From the NCBI GenBank assembly GCA_951406725.2, contig OX597824.1:45880001-45944000 (forward strand): 64,000 nt of DNA, given 5' to 3'. The DNA is from Octopus vulgaris (taxonomy: Eukaryota). The translations under genes were made by a program, and so were the position numbers. Positions 24,931-38,230 of the stretch are shown here, in pieces (the stretch's first letter is position 1; each line of letters starts with the position of its first letter). The notes below the pieces were generated by a model. The model saw nothing but the letters and a program-made list of their open reading frames with translations, was not told the origin of the DNA and did no database searches.

Positions 24931-25891
24931 TCAATATACTATTAAAAATGAAGTTCAATTTTGCTTGATTGCAATGTTACACAGCGAAACTGGTGCATAA
25001 TGAGAAGATACTTTGAAAGTAAAGGTCCCCTGAAATGTGAATACAAATGGAATAAAACATGTTATGCATAAATTGGACCAGTAGTTATTGAGATATTCGG
25101 TGTTTTTGGGTATAAATACTCAAAATGGTGCATAATGGGAAAATACTCTGAAAAAAACTTCACCTGTTAGACAAATCATCATAGGCAAAATATTTTTAAG
25201 TGAAAATGACTTCAATAAATATTTTGTAAAAATCCTGTTCGTAACCTTGGTGTGAAATAGTTTTTGTTCCATAGGTTTCTTTCAAGTGCATTCAACATAT
25301 CTCACCTCCAAAGATTTGGTTGCTATTTCTAGCATGCCCTGTCACCATGTAACAGCTATTTGCGATAAAGGACTGTTACGTGGTTGCAGAGCATGCAAAA
25401 AGTAGCAGCCAAATCTTACCTTTTCTGGGGAAAGGAGCTGTTTACATGTGATTTTGATGTCACATTCATTGAATATGATGGGCAAAATATTTTAAAGTGA
25501 AAATGACTTAAAAAATATGGTAAATATTTCATAGAAGACCCGTTCAGAACCTTGGTGTGAAATAGTTTTTTCCATAGGTTTCTTTCAAGTGCATTCAACG
25601 TATCTCACCTCCAAAGATTTGGCTGCTTTTTCTAGCATACCTTGCTACCATGTAACAGTTATTTGCGATAAAGGACTCAAAATACCTGTTACATAGTAGC
25701 AGAGTGTGCAAGAAATAGCAGCCAAATCTTTCCTTTTTGGGGGAAAGGAGCCATTTAAACGTGATTTTGATGTCACATTTGTTGAAAGCATGCAAAATAA
25801 CATGGAAAAGAAAAAAAAACCTACGAAACAAAACTTCATGGCTGATAATCTCAGACTTCCCCAGTGACCCAACGGGTGACGGGTAGTCTAG
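24931..25891 (+). mobile_element. Non-autonomous Helitron with an internal tandem duplication of about 290 bp
   Basis: A^TC start; 3' end gtgacccaacgggtgac...CTAG^T; homologous to 59041-60511. Confidence 0.78.
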
Positions 25892-27807
25892 TATATATAT
25901 ATATATAACACCAAGTAAGTTAGGGGTTACGGATCCAACCCACTAAAGGATAGTATTTATCCAATATACTAATTCAACATTCTAATATCCGAAAGCTGAT
26001 GAACCAACTAAATTGTTTCTCCATTTTCTTATTTGTATTATATATATATATACATAAAAACATACATACATATATCCAGGCCTATTCATTTTTATAGGAG
26101 TGGGTAGCTATAACAAGACACACACCAGGTATTCCATTCATTTCCTAGCTCAAAGAAGACAGGTGGTGTAGAAAACAAACAGATGTATTAGTATAACGCT
26201 TGGGAATTGAAAAAGTCTTTTATGTTTCGAGCCTATGCTTTTCCACAGAAAGAAACAAGGAAAGAAAAAAAAAACTGTGTGTAGTGGCTACCGATCTATC
26301 ATGGCGACTATATATATATATATAAGTATGGGCATAGCTGTGTGGTAAGAAGTTTGCTTCCCAACCACGTGATTTTGGGTTCAGTCCCACTGGATGTCAC
26401 CATGGACAAGTGTCTTTTATTTACCTAACTGAAGTCTGATGAATGTCTTCCAGTGGGCTGACCAAAGCCTTGTGAGTGGATTTAGTAGATGGAAAAAGAA
26501 AGAAGCCCATCATATATATATATATGTATATATGTGTGTGTGTCTGTGTTTGTCCACCACCACTTAACAACTGGTGTTGGTTTGTTTAGGTCCCCTTAGT
26601 GGTTCACCAAAAGAAACTCAAACAAGTAAAGGAAAGCATATATATATACGTGCATGGAATGTTTACATCCCACATCGTTGTCTGAAGGCATTGAACACAC
26701 CGATATGTTAACATTTCCTGTCAGTAATTCATCCTCTTACTCTGCACTTTTGAAATGAAGTTGAACAATAAAGACTCTACTGGTAAGCAGGTAACTGTTA
26801 GTGACAATGGTTTTGTCTATAATCTACCATGAAAACATGTCTGGTTGAGCTGCTCATTGTTTGAAAGACTAGGGAATACAGTGCCTTACCTGGTAAAAGT
26901 GATGGTTGATGACAGGAAGATCATCCAGCCATAAGAAAAATCTTTGATTAATTTCATCTGACCTATACCTACATGGAAAAGTAGATGTTAGAATGATGAT
27001 GATAATAGTGATGGTGATGATGAAAATTATATAAATATTGAAAATTATGGGAATTTGGTGACTATAGTAGTGTTTTATTGTCCAGTATTTAATTAACATT
27101 GCACTTGAGTGCATATTTTTTTAGGCAAGGATATTGTTCAACTAGCTTTACTCATGTGCTTTATCTTATCAAAATAACAATAAGATAAATAACAGTTTAT
27201 TTTAACCAGGCACATGATTCATTTTTGTAATAGAGGGAATATATAGTTTATTGAATCGTGTTTAGTATAAAACTGGTGCTTAATTTCATCTAGAAAGGAT
27301 GGAAAGGTATAGTTTGGTCCTCAGGTGAATGAAGCATCAAGTTAGATACAATAACATCACCATTCTGATGACTGACCTTTTGCACTGTTGTAAAACCATT
27401 GATTGTTTGTCGTGTGTATATATACATTTTTGTCTTTGTTTTTCTGTTATGTGTCCTCTTTCTGAATATATGTGGCTGACTTTAGCTCTGAAGCTATTCA
27501 GTAGAACTGAGCACTTAATATACTTTCATCAGAATATTTGTGTATACAAGTGAACATTTTTAATTTACTCTCTTTGTTGTCAGTGACCTGTTTTTCATGC
27601 TATCTCAACTATGCTACTGTAATCAGCAGTACCTCAAAATATATCCAAAATGTAAGAAAGTACGTTAAAAATCCCTGACAATCTGTTTTGTCCTGTTTAT
27701 TATATGTAGCTTGTACTAGTTTAGTGCTTATTATAAACATTTATATAACTTCTCCATTGTAATGGGCGAGGTTAATTGGCAAGATGATTACGTCTTGTAT
27801 ATCTCAG

Positions 27808-28062
27808 ATGTTCCAGACTTGGAGAGTGTGACAGACTCACCAATGACACGGTCATTTGTCAATGTTGATGCGAATGCAAACAGTTTAGATATGGTTGATA
27901 CATCACCAGAAAAGGCTGTGATAAACATGGAATCTTTGTCAAACAATCCACAAGACCAAGTGAATGCATCTCAGCTGGAAATCCGTCTTCTTCATAGTGA
28001 GATTGAAACTTTGAATAACGAAATGGCATCAATGGTAAATCGTGCTAAATCTTCAGAAAATG
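27808..28062 (+). CDS. GOLGA5: Golgin-84 coding exon 2
   Basis: Acceptor ctcag; encodes DVPDLESV...SQLEIRLLHSEIETLNNEMASMVNRAKSSEN; donor G|gtatgt; phase 1 to 1. An alternative in-frame acceptor would start at 27817. Confidence 0.88.
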
Positions 28063-29031
28063 GTATGTATCTTTCCATGGTGAAAATATTTTCTTTCTAT
28101 TCTTTTATTCATCTTAAGCTAAAAAAATTCTCTTTGAAGAGGAGAAAAAGATATAGAAAATGTGTATTTATTATTGGCAAGCTGGTCTAACACATTACCT
28201 GTTGACCTGGAATTTAACAGTCTGACCTAGAGCAACAGTCTTGAGTTCTAATTCATATTATGTTCTATTGTGGATATATTGTTTCATTGTTATTATTTGC
28301 AATCTATAAACCTCTTCTTTTTTTCAGTGCTCAATAATCACTGTTTGAATACTATGTGTTCTATAATTACAACAGTAAATTTGAATCCTAGTCTAATTTA
28401 ATTGTGGTCCTTAATTGAAGTTATGGCTTAATTATTTTCTTACCATTCACATTTCTGGAAATCTACTTGTTTAAATATGAAAATAAAGCATTTCTATGCT
28501 TGTGGAACATGGTGAATGTGTGTGCGCATGAGTGGGTTCATGATATTGCATATTTGCATATTTATTTTTTGGAGCCCTCTTGTTCACCAGTGCTGAGTTG
28601 TATCAGGCTCCAGATCTTCCTGGAAGGCATCCTCATTGCTGTTATTCATTTCACAAATCTGAATAGATAAAAAATAAGGTCCTACCCTCCTTAATCTATA
28701 GTAACTAAATCTCTCTCCTAAGCAAGATTTATTTATTATAATGTCTCTTGTCCAGTTATTTACTGTCTATTACAACATCTGAACTTTAATATAGAAAATT
28801 TTTATCTTTCATTTTTGTGATTAAAAATGTTGAATCTCATTTATCTTTAAGATAAAGTAGTTTCATCATTAAGTGTGTATGTATATAATTTAGAGAAAAA
28901 CCTCTATTAAGCAATTCAATAGGGAAAGACGTTATTCACACTATATAAAAAAAAAATATATACTATAAAAACCTTATTCTAAATATCAATAAAAATTTAT
29001 CAATTTATTTATTATTATTATTATTATTTTA

Positions 29032-29133
29032 GACCTGATGAGTGACTATATTTTTTAATCGTATTAATTTTAAATCAAATTGAATTTATTATTATTATCT
29101 ATTTGAAAATATAGCCATGAAACGCGTGTAGTC
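29032..29133 (+). ncRNA. Minimal type I hammerhead motif, same family as 7.9 kb, sense to GOLGA5
   Basis: gac-CUGAUGA-gugacuauauuuu...aaaauauagccau-GAAA-CGCGUG-UA-guc; sits inside an inverted repeat at about 28877-28983 / 29179-29285. Confidence 0.75.
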
Positions 29134-29448
29134 AATTTTACTACTATTTATTATTTATTGTTTATGTACTTTATTGATTTTTAGAATAAGGTTTTTATAG
29201 TATATTTATTTTTTCTATATGGTGTGAATAACGTCTTTCACTATTGAATTGCTTAATAGAGGTTTTTCTCTAAATTATATACATATATTATATATTGTGA
29301 AATTTGATTTAGAATTACTAAATTGAATTTTTCCCTGTAAGTTTGAAATTACACACACACACACACATAATAATAATAATAATAATAATTCTTTTTATTT
29401 TTTTTTATTAAAAATAAAAGCAATAAAAAGAATTAATTATTATTATTA

Positions 29449-29499
<51 letters not shown>

Positions 29500-30021
29500 C
29501 TTATGTGAATATGTACTCCTTTATTTTACTTGTTATATCTTCCCTTACACTTGCGCCCTTGTATGTGTATGTGTGTATGTGTGTGTGACTATATCCTTGT
29601 GTGTTGAGTGTGTTTCGTTTTCTCTATCACTTGTAAATTTATAATAATTTTCTCCTTCATATATTCGTTTTTGCTCCTATTTTTTCTCTATGGTTTTTTT
29701 CAGCTAGTGTACCTGTTGCATTATATTCTACTATACACACGTGGCCTTATTTACATTATACTTTGTCTTGACCTGTTACTATTTCTTTAAATATATCTGT
29801 TAGATTTTAAATTTTTTTATTATAGTTTACTGCACATATAGACTTGCATACACATTGATATGTCTGTTTTTTTTTCTCTTTCATCTCTCACTATTATATT
29901 TTACTGTTAATTTTTCCCTTTTACTACTTGTTTGCAAATATCCGATTTATCCTAGTCTTCTCCCTTATTGTATCTTATTTTATTTTATTAAATCTTTTTG
30001 ATGTCCTTCCAAAAATTCCTC

Positions 30022-30119
30022 ACACTGATGAGAATGACAATGCATAAATTTAATTATAATTACTATGATGATAATATTTTTCTTACATATTTGTATTGTC
30101 TTTTGAAACTTGTGTATGT
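30022..30119 (+). ncRNA. Minimal type I hammerhead motif, third family, sense to GOLGA5
   Basis: aca-CUGAUGA-gaaugacaaugca...uguauugucuuuu-GAAA-CUUGUG-UA-ugu; stem III imperfect. Confidence 0.65.
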
Positions 30120-30323
30120 ATTGAATCCAATTTTGTATGAAATCTAATTTTGATGTGTATATTTATACCTATAACGATATTTTTCAACTATTATTTTCAT
30201 ATTCTTATTACTTGCTCTAACTGTTTTTTATGAATATGATGAATCTTTATTAGAAATCACTTTTTATCTCTTTTTGGATCCCTCAAAAAGTTCAAGTTGT
30301 TCTTTTTTAACTTATTTTTTCTC

Positions 30324-30348
<25 letters not shown>

Positions 30349-30361
<13 letters not shown>

Positions 30362-30570
30362 AATATATATAAAATGTAGACTATATATATGTATAATATA
30401 TATAAAATGTAGACTATATATATGTATAATATATATAAAATGTAGACTATATATATGTATAATATATATAAAATGTAGACTATATATATGTATAATATAT
30501 ATAAAATGTAGACTATATATATGTATAATATATATAAAATGTAGACTATATATATGTATAATATATATAA
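30349..30570. repeat. 33-bp minisatellite, about 6.5 copies
   Basis: Unit tatatatatgtataatatatataaaatgtagac repeated perfectly; explains the 11-aa periodic ORFs. Confidence 0.92.
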
Positions 30571-30599
30571 TATATATACTATATATATCTGTGTATATG

Positions 30600-30641
<42 letters not shown>

Positions 30642-30763
30642 TATATTTATAATATATATATGTACTATATATATGTATATATATATGTATAATGTATGTA
30701 TATATAAATATATGTATGATATATATATATCTACATACAAGCACATATTTTGCTCCTTGTCAG

Positions 30764-30983
30764 AATTGGAAGCTGCTTTAAAGAAGATAAATGAATACAC
30801 TGTATTTGCTGCAAAAAATGACCAAATCATGCGTGAGTTACAATCTCGTGAGATGGACATACAAGAAGCACTTAACTGCAAAGATTCTCAGTTAGCTGTC
30901 TTGAAAATTCGACTGGAAGAAGCTGATTCTGATCTCAGGAGGAGCCAGAGCATGCTAGAAAAACTGGAGAAAGAAAACAATCG
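30764..30983 (+). CDS. GOLGA5: Golgin-84 coding exon 3
   Basis: Acceptor ttgtcag; encodes ELEAALKK...DIQEALNCKDSQLAVLKIRLEEADSDL... (coiled coil); donor CG|gtattt; phase 1 to 2. Confidence 0.93.
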
Positions 30984-31826
30984 GTATTTAGTTATAATAA
31001 ACACTACTACTGCTACCACCACTTTCTCTTCCCCCATGCCAGATAGAATCTGTTGAATCATTTTTCAATGGCTGGATGCCCTTCTCGTTGCCAACCCACA
31101 CCTGAAATCCCATGGCTGGGAAGCAAACCTCTTCAGCACTCAGTCGTAATCAGTAAATATTTTTAGATGCAAATCATGTTGCATGATGTATTATGTACTT
31201 ATTCTTGTACTCTTGTCAAATCTGCACCATTGGATGGTTAATTCTCCATATCTACATAGTTATGTGCTAACTGGTTGGCAGGTATGTATGCTTTTGACTG
31301 AATTAAAGCTGATTGATATAAATCTCTCTGAGGATTATAACTCCTGAACTATTAGAGCAAGACAACTACTGCTTCATCACCATATGGCCCTTGGTTCAGT
31401 CTCACTGTGTGAAACCTTGGGCAAGTGCTTTCTACTTTAGCCCCAGGTCATCTAAAGCTTTTTGAGTGGGTTTGATAGACAGAAAGAAGCCTGTTGTGTG
31501 TGTGTGTGTGCGTACATGCATGCATGTGTGTATCTCCTTGTCTTGTCATCATCGCATGACAGTTGTAAATGGGAGTCACTGTCTTACAAGTGGTATCTTT
31601 CGTTACCAGTTTTCCGTGGAAATATTTCTGGCCAGGGGGAATCATTACCTTGCTTGGAAACAAATGAAGCTTGGCAAAAGAAGTGGCATCCAGCTGTAGA
31701 AAATGTATTTCAGTGAATTCCGCCTGACCCTTGCAATCATGAAAAAGTGTATTTTAAAACATGATGATATACAATTTATGGATTTGTTTACTCTCTATTA
31801 TATTGCATAACCCTATCTTCATACAG

Positions 31827-31950
31827 TGTTCTGATGGATCATTCAGCTTCCAGTGGAGTCCAGAATCAGGCTTTAGAAACATTAAAGACCAGGTTATCTG
31901 AATTAGAAGATACATTAAAACGCGAACGAGAGGCTTACCAAAAAGTACAG
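31827..31950 (+). CDS. GOLGA5: Golgin-84 coding exon 4
   Basis: Acceptor atacag; encodes (R)VLMDHSASSGVQNQALETLKTRLSELEDTLKREREAYQKVQ; donor gtaaga; phase 2 to 0. Confidence 0.93.
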
Positions 31951-32110
31951 GTAAGAAATTCTGTCGTTCTTTAAACCATAATTTAAATGTTAGTGTTAAT
32001 TATTTCTATTTGTTGTAATTTTTGATCTGGAAAGGCTTTTGAATGAAAAAAGAATTTTAAATAGAACCTTAATATTTTTTTCATTGTTGTTTATTTATTA
32101 TATATTTTAG

Positions 32111-32207
32111 GCTGAGGCTTCTGAAAGACAAAGCAGGCTGGAATATGAACAACAAGGATTGGCAGAGCAATTGAATGTTTGTCATAAAAAGATGAATGAT
32201 GAGAAAG
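32111..32207 (+). CDS. GOLGA5: Golgin-84 coding exon 5
   Basis: Acceptor ttttag; encodes AEASERQSRLEYEQQGLAEQLNVCHKKMNDEK; donor G|gtagta; phase 0 to 1. Confidence 0.9.
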
Positions 32208-33977
32208 GTAGTAGAAATCTTTGATTAGTATTTTAATAAGTTCAAAATGCTTAGTGGCATTTTGTCCATACTTTACATTTCTGAGTTAAAATTCTGTTGA
32301 AGTTGTCTTTGCTATTCATCCTTTTGGGGTTGATAAAATAAGCACCAATTAAGCATGGGGATTGATGTAATTGACTTACCTCCAGCCTAAAATTGCTGGC
32401 GTAATGCCAAATTTTGAAATCAATATTCTAATAAGTTCAAAATTTTTAGTGGCATTTTGTTTGTCCTTATTTTGTGTTCAAATTCCACTGAGGTTGACTT
32501 TGCCTTTCATCCTTTCAGGGTTGATAAAATAAGTATCAGTTGAGCACCAGGGTTGATGTAGTTGACTTTCCTCTTCCTCAAAAATTCTGGGCCTTCTGCC
32601 AAAAACTGAAAAATAATTTTAATAAGTTATATATTACAGCTGTAGGGTTAAAAAATTTGTTTCCTTTCCTATGGTTTTTGTATTTTTGTTCCACTCACAC
32701 TATGTGACATTTTAGATAAGTGTGTTATATTCCAGCCCTGGGCTAACCAAAGCCTTGTGAACAGATTTAGTATATGTATTGAATTTATGTGTATATATAT
32801 ATATAAATATATGTGTTTGTGTGTCCCTGTCTTGAATTTTCCTGACAGTTGTAAATGAGCACTGATGTTATACAAGTGGTGACATGTGTTTCCAGTCTTC
32901 TTTGGAAGTATATTCATCCATGGGAAACAGTTGAAGATAGATATCAGGAAATAATCTGCCTTGATTCATTTCGTGTGATCTAATGCAAGCATGGAAAAGT
33001 GGCTGCTAAAACAATGATGATAATATTACTGATAATATATAGATAGATAGGTGCATGCATGCACAAAAAACTAAAAAATTTCTTAGCCTGTCTCGGTCTG
33101 AAGTAAAAAGATTATGGTTTCTCTGAAGCATTCTCACCACTAGTTTCAAGAAGTTAAAAAGATTAAATAAAGGTAATAATACATTTTAGCTTTGAAAGAT
33201 GAAGATTAATAGCTTTTTCAGTTTATAGTCTACTGAGGTGGAGTGGTTAATAGACAGTATAGCCTACTGACTCAAAGAGATAATCCTTAAACAGAAAAGA
33301 ATTAACCTTGAACAAACACAGAACTTTGGTGAGATGCAGTTCCTTTCTTGTTTTAGTCATATTATTCTTTGATAAGAGAACCTCTTTGGCTGTAATTATT
33401 AAAATTCTTTTGATGGTCTCTTTTGGTAAAAATCAATGCAGTGAAATAAAAATAAAATGAGTTGTGCAAGTTTGCATTGAAAAGCTGAAATATTCAGTAT
33501 TTCAAGGCAGTGATCTTTCTTCAAAGAAACAGTCTTCATTCTCTGCTGCATGATTCCTTCTGGAATATTGAAATATCTTCTTACGACAAATCAGTGTACC
33601 TTAGCGTTGACTTCATCATGTTATCTATTGATATCTATTGCTGAACCACTAAGTTATGGGGATGTAAACACACCAACACCAGTTGTCAAGTGGTGGTAGG
33701 GGGACAAACGCAGTCACACACACATGACAAGTTTCTTTCAGTTTCTGTCTACCAAATCTACTCATAATGCTTTGGTCAGCCTGAGGCTATAGTAGAAGAC
33801 ACTTGCCCAAGGTACCATACTGTGGGACTGAACCTGGAACCATCTGGTTGAGAAGCAAGCTTCTTACCACACAGCTACATCTGCACCTATATATTTATAT
33901 ATATATATATATACACAAATATACATGTATATAAATGTTTGCTTATTATATACACATAAATCGTATTTTAATTGTAG

Positions 33978-34084
33978 GAAAATCAGCTGACCTCACACAA
34001 CAATTGAAGACAGTGAAAATGAATTTGGAAGGGGCCAGGCAAGAACTTTCTGACTATAAGGAAAAAGCATCCAGAATTCTTCAG
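33978..34084 (+). CDS. GOLGA5: Golgin-84 coding exon 6
   Basis: Acceptor ttgtag; encodes (G)KSADLTQQLKTVKMNLEGARQELSDYKEKASRILQ; donor gtcagt; phase 1 to 0. Confidence 0.94.
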
Positions 34085-34280
34085 GTCAGTGCCATTTTAG
34101 TTCTGAATGAACCTTTGGCTATCCTGTCTCTATCATCTCTGATTATTTCAGTTATATACGTTCACCTGTCCTTAACTTCCTCTTACTTTTATTTTTAGTT
34201 TTGTTTCCTATGGCTTGACTTTGTTAAGAAAACATTTTTATCATTTCTTCCTGGAGATGAAATATCAATGTTGTAATACA

Positions 34281-34575
34281 GTTCTATATTTAAGAGATGA
34301 GGAATTATGTACATTATTTAAATTTGATGGATATTTATCCTCATCTTGTTTGTAGTTAACACAACTTTTTGGCTGATATACCCTCCAGCCTTCATCAGGT
34401 GTCATGGGGAAATTTCGAACCTGGGTTAATAACATCGAAAAATACCTTAGGAATGAGAAACCAGGTTCAAAATTTCCCCAAGACACCTGATGAAGGCTGA
34501 AGGGTACATCAGCCAAAACATTGTGTTAACAACAAACAAGATGAGGACAAATATCTGTCAAATGCAAATAATGTA
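34281..34575. mobile_element. Palindromic Penelope-like element with two decayed hammerheads; related copy at 10281-10815
   Basis: Inverted arms around about 34440; each arm has gacac-CTGATGA-aggctg...cagcc-(G>A)AAA...gtgtt. Confidence 0.75.
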
Positions 34576-36798
34576 AATTAAAGTTGTAGGTGAGAAGTTT
34601 GCTTCGCAACCATGTGGTCTTGGGTTTTGCCCCACATGTGGTACCTTGGGAAAATACCTTCTACTACAGTCCTGAGCTGACCAAAACCTTGTAAGTGGAT
34701 TTGGTAGATGGAAACTGAAAGAAGCCCATTGTATGTATGTGTATCATCATCATTGTTTATCGTCCTTTTTCCACGCTAGCACGGGTTGGACGGTTCGACC
34801 GGGGTCTGGGAAGCCAGGGGCTGCACCAGGCTCCAGTCTGATCTGGCAATGTTTCTACAGCTGGATGCCCTTATATAATTTGTGCTATGTGTATAAGCAA
34901 TGCATGTTACCAGAATTTATGTCTCAAGAAAAAAAAACTGCCTCAGCAAATTTCGTCTGGCCTATGCAAGCATGGAAAAAAGGATGTTAATCAATGATGA
35001 TAATGATATTGAACCATCACGACTTGTGTGATGGCACTTCCTAACAAAGGTGTTGCCAATAGCTGAAATGGTAGACCATTTTGTAACATTCAATTACATC
35101 CCTTTACATTCTTGCTTTGAATCATTTTTAAGTCAACATTTTTTCATCCTTCTAGGTTTCAATGAAACAAGTACTGGTCAACCTTATGTCCCCACACTAT
35201 AAATTTGTGGCCTTGTGTCAGTGTTAGAAATAACTATATATTGTTAGTATTGTTGTAACACTGGAACATTTGCTTGTGATATAATCTTAAGAAATTCATT
35301 CTATTAAAAGATCTCGTTCTAATTTTTTCCTCTGTGTGCAGAAATTTGCTTGTATGCAAATTTTGTTTTTCTTTGCAAGTTATATGCTCTGTCATGCAAC
35401 TGTTTTCAAATAAAAATATTCAGTTTCATCCTGAAAACCTTGTGTGCATACATTATTTTTCCTTTTGTGCACCAGTGGTGAAACATATGTACACACACAA
35501 ACATCAGATATGAACTATTTTAACCAGTCAGTAATCTGATGTATTTAATTTTTGCTTACAGTCCTTACTAAAGTATACATTCATATTTAATGTATATTTA
35601 GTGTTTCTATGGGACTGTAAATGTATTTAATGTATTGAAAATATCTCAGGAACAAAACAAAATGCAAAATAAAATACTTTTGTGTATAGTTTTTACTTTT
35701 ATGCTGTAAAAAAGAAATGGTGGTTGAGTGATTTTGCTATTTTAGATAGTAAACCATTGAGAAAGAGAGATGGGGAGAGAAATTTTTTTTTCTGAAAGGA
35801 GAAGCAAAAATTGTGATTTTATTAAAGGCTCACATGGTGGAAAGGTAGAAAGAAATGAAGGGTTGTCAGACTAGAGAGTAGAGTAGGGGAGATAAGCGAG
35901 ATGTGGGTAAATGTTAAGTGTGGTTGGTTGAATATGTGTATATGAACGAGAGAAGTGGATTTGGACTACATATGAATGTGAGAAGACTGTGTATGTGTCT
36001 GCAAATGCAGGTGTGTGTATTGTGTGGCTGGTGATATTTTGTGCATGTATATGTAGGCCTTTTTGTATGAGAGTGTGTGTGACTTAAAGAGAGCAAGTTG
36101 TTCATCAAACCATGAGGAGAAGAGTAGTATAAGAAAATGCCAGAAATAGATAGGTGCATAAAAGTGTGCCTATATGAGTTGAAGTGGCAAGTCACAAGTG
36201 ACCCTGCATTGTTGCAGCGAATGAAAAATTTGTTTGTCTCTTTCCTTTATTATTGAAGGACCATGTCAAAGTCACTCACTCTTGATTTAAAACTATTCTT
36301 GGTACATTTATTTACTCTTTTTTTTATCTTATTCCTGAGACCTTTATACTGGATGACTGCACCATAACTAGTGTAGGTTGTTATCTAGTCTATCATATTG
36401 TATATTCAATTAAGATTACACTACATATATATTGTATTTGATATATGTTTGCAGTTTATATTGAAATGTTTGTATGTTCATATTAGACTAAAGTATTAGT
36501 GTGTTAAATGTATACTTATATTGAAGTTTGTTCATTACATTTTCATACCTCATACTGAAGCAGTAATGCAATACATAATAAAGCATATATATATGTCTAA
36601 TTTTTACTTACAATCTACAATGAAAAGATTATTGTTTACAATTTAACTGTACTACATGTATGCTTAATATATATTTCAAGCTCTTAATTTTGTATTTGAG
36701 AAAGTGTATATGCAAACTGTATTTATATTTATCTAAAATCATGTTTAATGTATTTACAATTTAGCCAAAACTATAACACTTGAATTTCTGTCCTACAG

Positions 36799-36966
36799 TC
36801 TAAAGAGCGTCTCATTGCCAGTTTACGCAATGGCTCAGATGAATCTGATGACAGCAGAGGGGTGTCTACAGAAGAATTTAATTCAGTCAGAAGTGAACGA
36901 GATATGTACAGAGATGAGTTACAGCAAATTAAGTTGAGCTCAGAAAATGCTAAAGTTGAATTACAG
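36799..36966 (+). CDS. GOLGA5: Golgin-84 coding exon 7
   Basis: Acceptor cctacag; encodes SKERLIASLRNGSDESDDSRGVSTEEFNSVRSERDMYRDELQQIKLSSENAKVELQ; donor gttagt; phase 0 to 0. Not in the ORF track. Confidence 0.93.
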
Positions 36967-37577
36967 GTTAGTTGTTTGATGTTTTTATAATCATCTAATT
37001 TAAGGATGTGTGGTTAAGAAGTTCATCTCTCAACTATAAGGTTTCGGGTAGGCAACTATCTTTGACAAAAACACCAGATTGACCAAGGCCTTGACTGAAT
37101 TCGGTTGTTGGACACTGAAAAAAGGCTGCTGTATGCATGTGGGGATGTGTCCTGTGCAGTTGTTGTAAATGAGTGCCACCATTATGCAAATAGTGTTCTT
37201 CATCTCCAGTCTTCCATTTCTAGCTATGAGGAAATATTATGTTGCTTGTAAACAGATGATGGTTGGTAACAGATGTATATAAAATACAAAAAGGAAGAAA
37301 AAGAAAAAGAATCAATGTTTTCCTCTCCTAAAAGAACTATATAGTTATCCTCTTTTGAGGTCTACCAGCCTCATTTTGCAACTTTGTTCTCTGTTCTTAA
37401 ATTTCTATAAAAATGTATCATCCAAAACACAATTTCATCTTTTCAAGGTAAATACTAATTATTATCTAACATCACTTTATGCCATCTGAAAGATATAACT
37501 CCTATCTCAGGTTTTGTGTGTTCCTTGGAAATAATACTGTTAGAAAAGCTAACTTTTTGCCTTAACTTTTGTTGAAG

Positions 37578-37706
37578 GATATTGAATCTCAACTACATTT
37601 GGATCGGGAATCTCATCGGGAAGAAATAGACTTGTTGCAGGACCAACTGGTTGATGAACGACGCATCAAAGAGGAAACTGAACAAGATTTGTTGAAACAA
37701 AAGAAG
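37578..37706 (+). CDS. GOLGA5: Golgin-84 coding exon 8
   Basis: Acceptor ttgaag; encodes DIESQLHLDRESHREEIDLLQDQLVDERRIKEETEQDLLKQKK; donor gtgagc; phase 0 to 0. Confidence 0.92.
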
Positions 37707-38131
37707 GTGAGCAAATTAGAATCCTTGTTTTGTTTTTGGTTTACTTGTTTATCTAGTGAAGGCACATGGCTTAATGGTTTGAAGAATTTAGTCATGATTG
37801 TAAGGTCACAAGTTCGATTCCTAGTGGTGTAATTTCATGAGCAGGCTGTTCTGTTAATTGGAACAACTAGAACACTTGTCATAAACAACGGAGTGTCTGT
37901 AGCACTTGTTTATCTATTTTTTTCATATTTTTGTCTTTATTTCCCTGTCCCTTGTTACTTTATATTTTAACAGTTGACTTCTCTGGAATTTTCTTTTTCT
38001 TTTTTTACTATTTTAGTGTTATGTATTTTGGGAAAAGTCATGAACACTATAACTTCCATATTTTCTTCTTTTTCCATATAATTATGAGGCTCTATATCTA
38101 TCTCAGTAATCATTTTATTTTACCAATCCAG

Positions 38132-38230
38132 GAACTACACTATACCTTGGAAGAGCTCCATAAGCAGAAGGCACTGTTCCATAGCAAACTCAAAGAAAGA
38201 GAAGAGGAAGTCGATAACTTGAAAAATCAG
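38132..38230 (+). CDS. GOLGA5: Golgin-84 coding exon 9
   Basis: Acceptor atccag; encodes ELHYTLEELHKQKALFHSKLKEREEEVDNLKNQ; donor gtaaga; phase 0 to 0. Confidence 0.93.

Noticed and set aside
30349-30570. CRISPR-like periodic repeat
   Set aside because: Identical tandem units with no spacers, eukaryotic intron, no cas genes.
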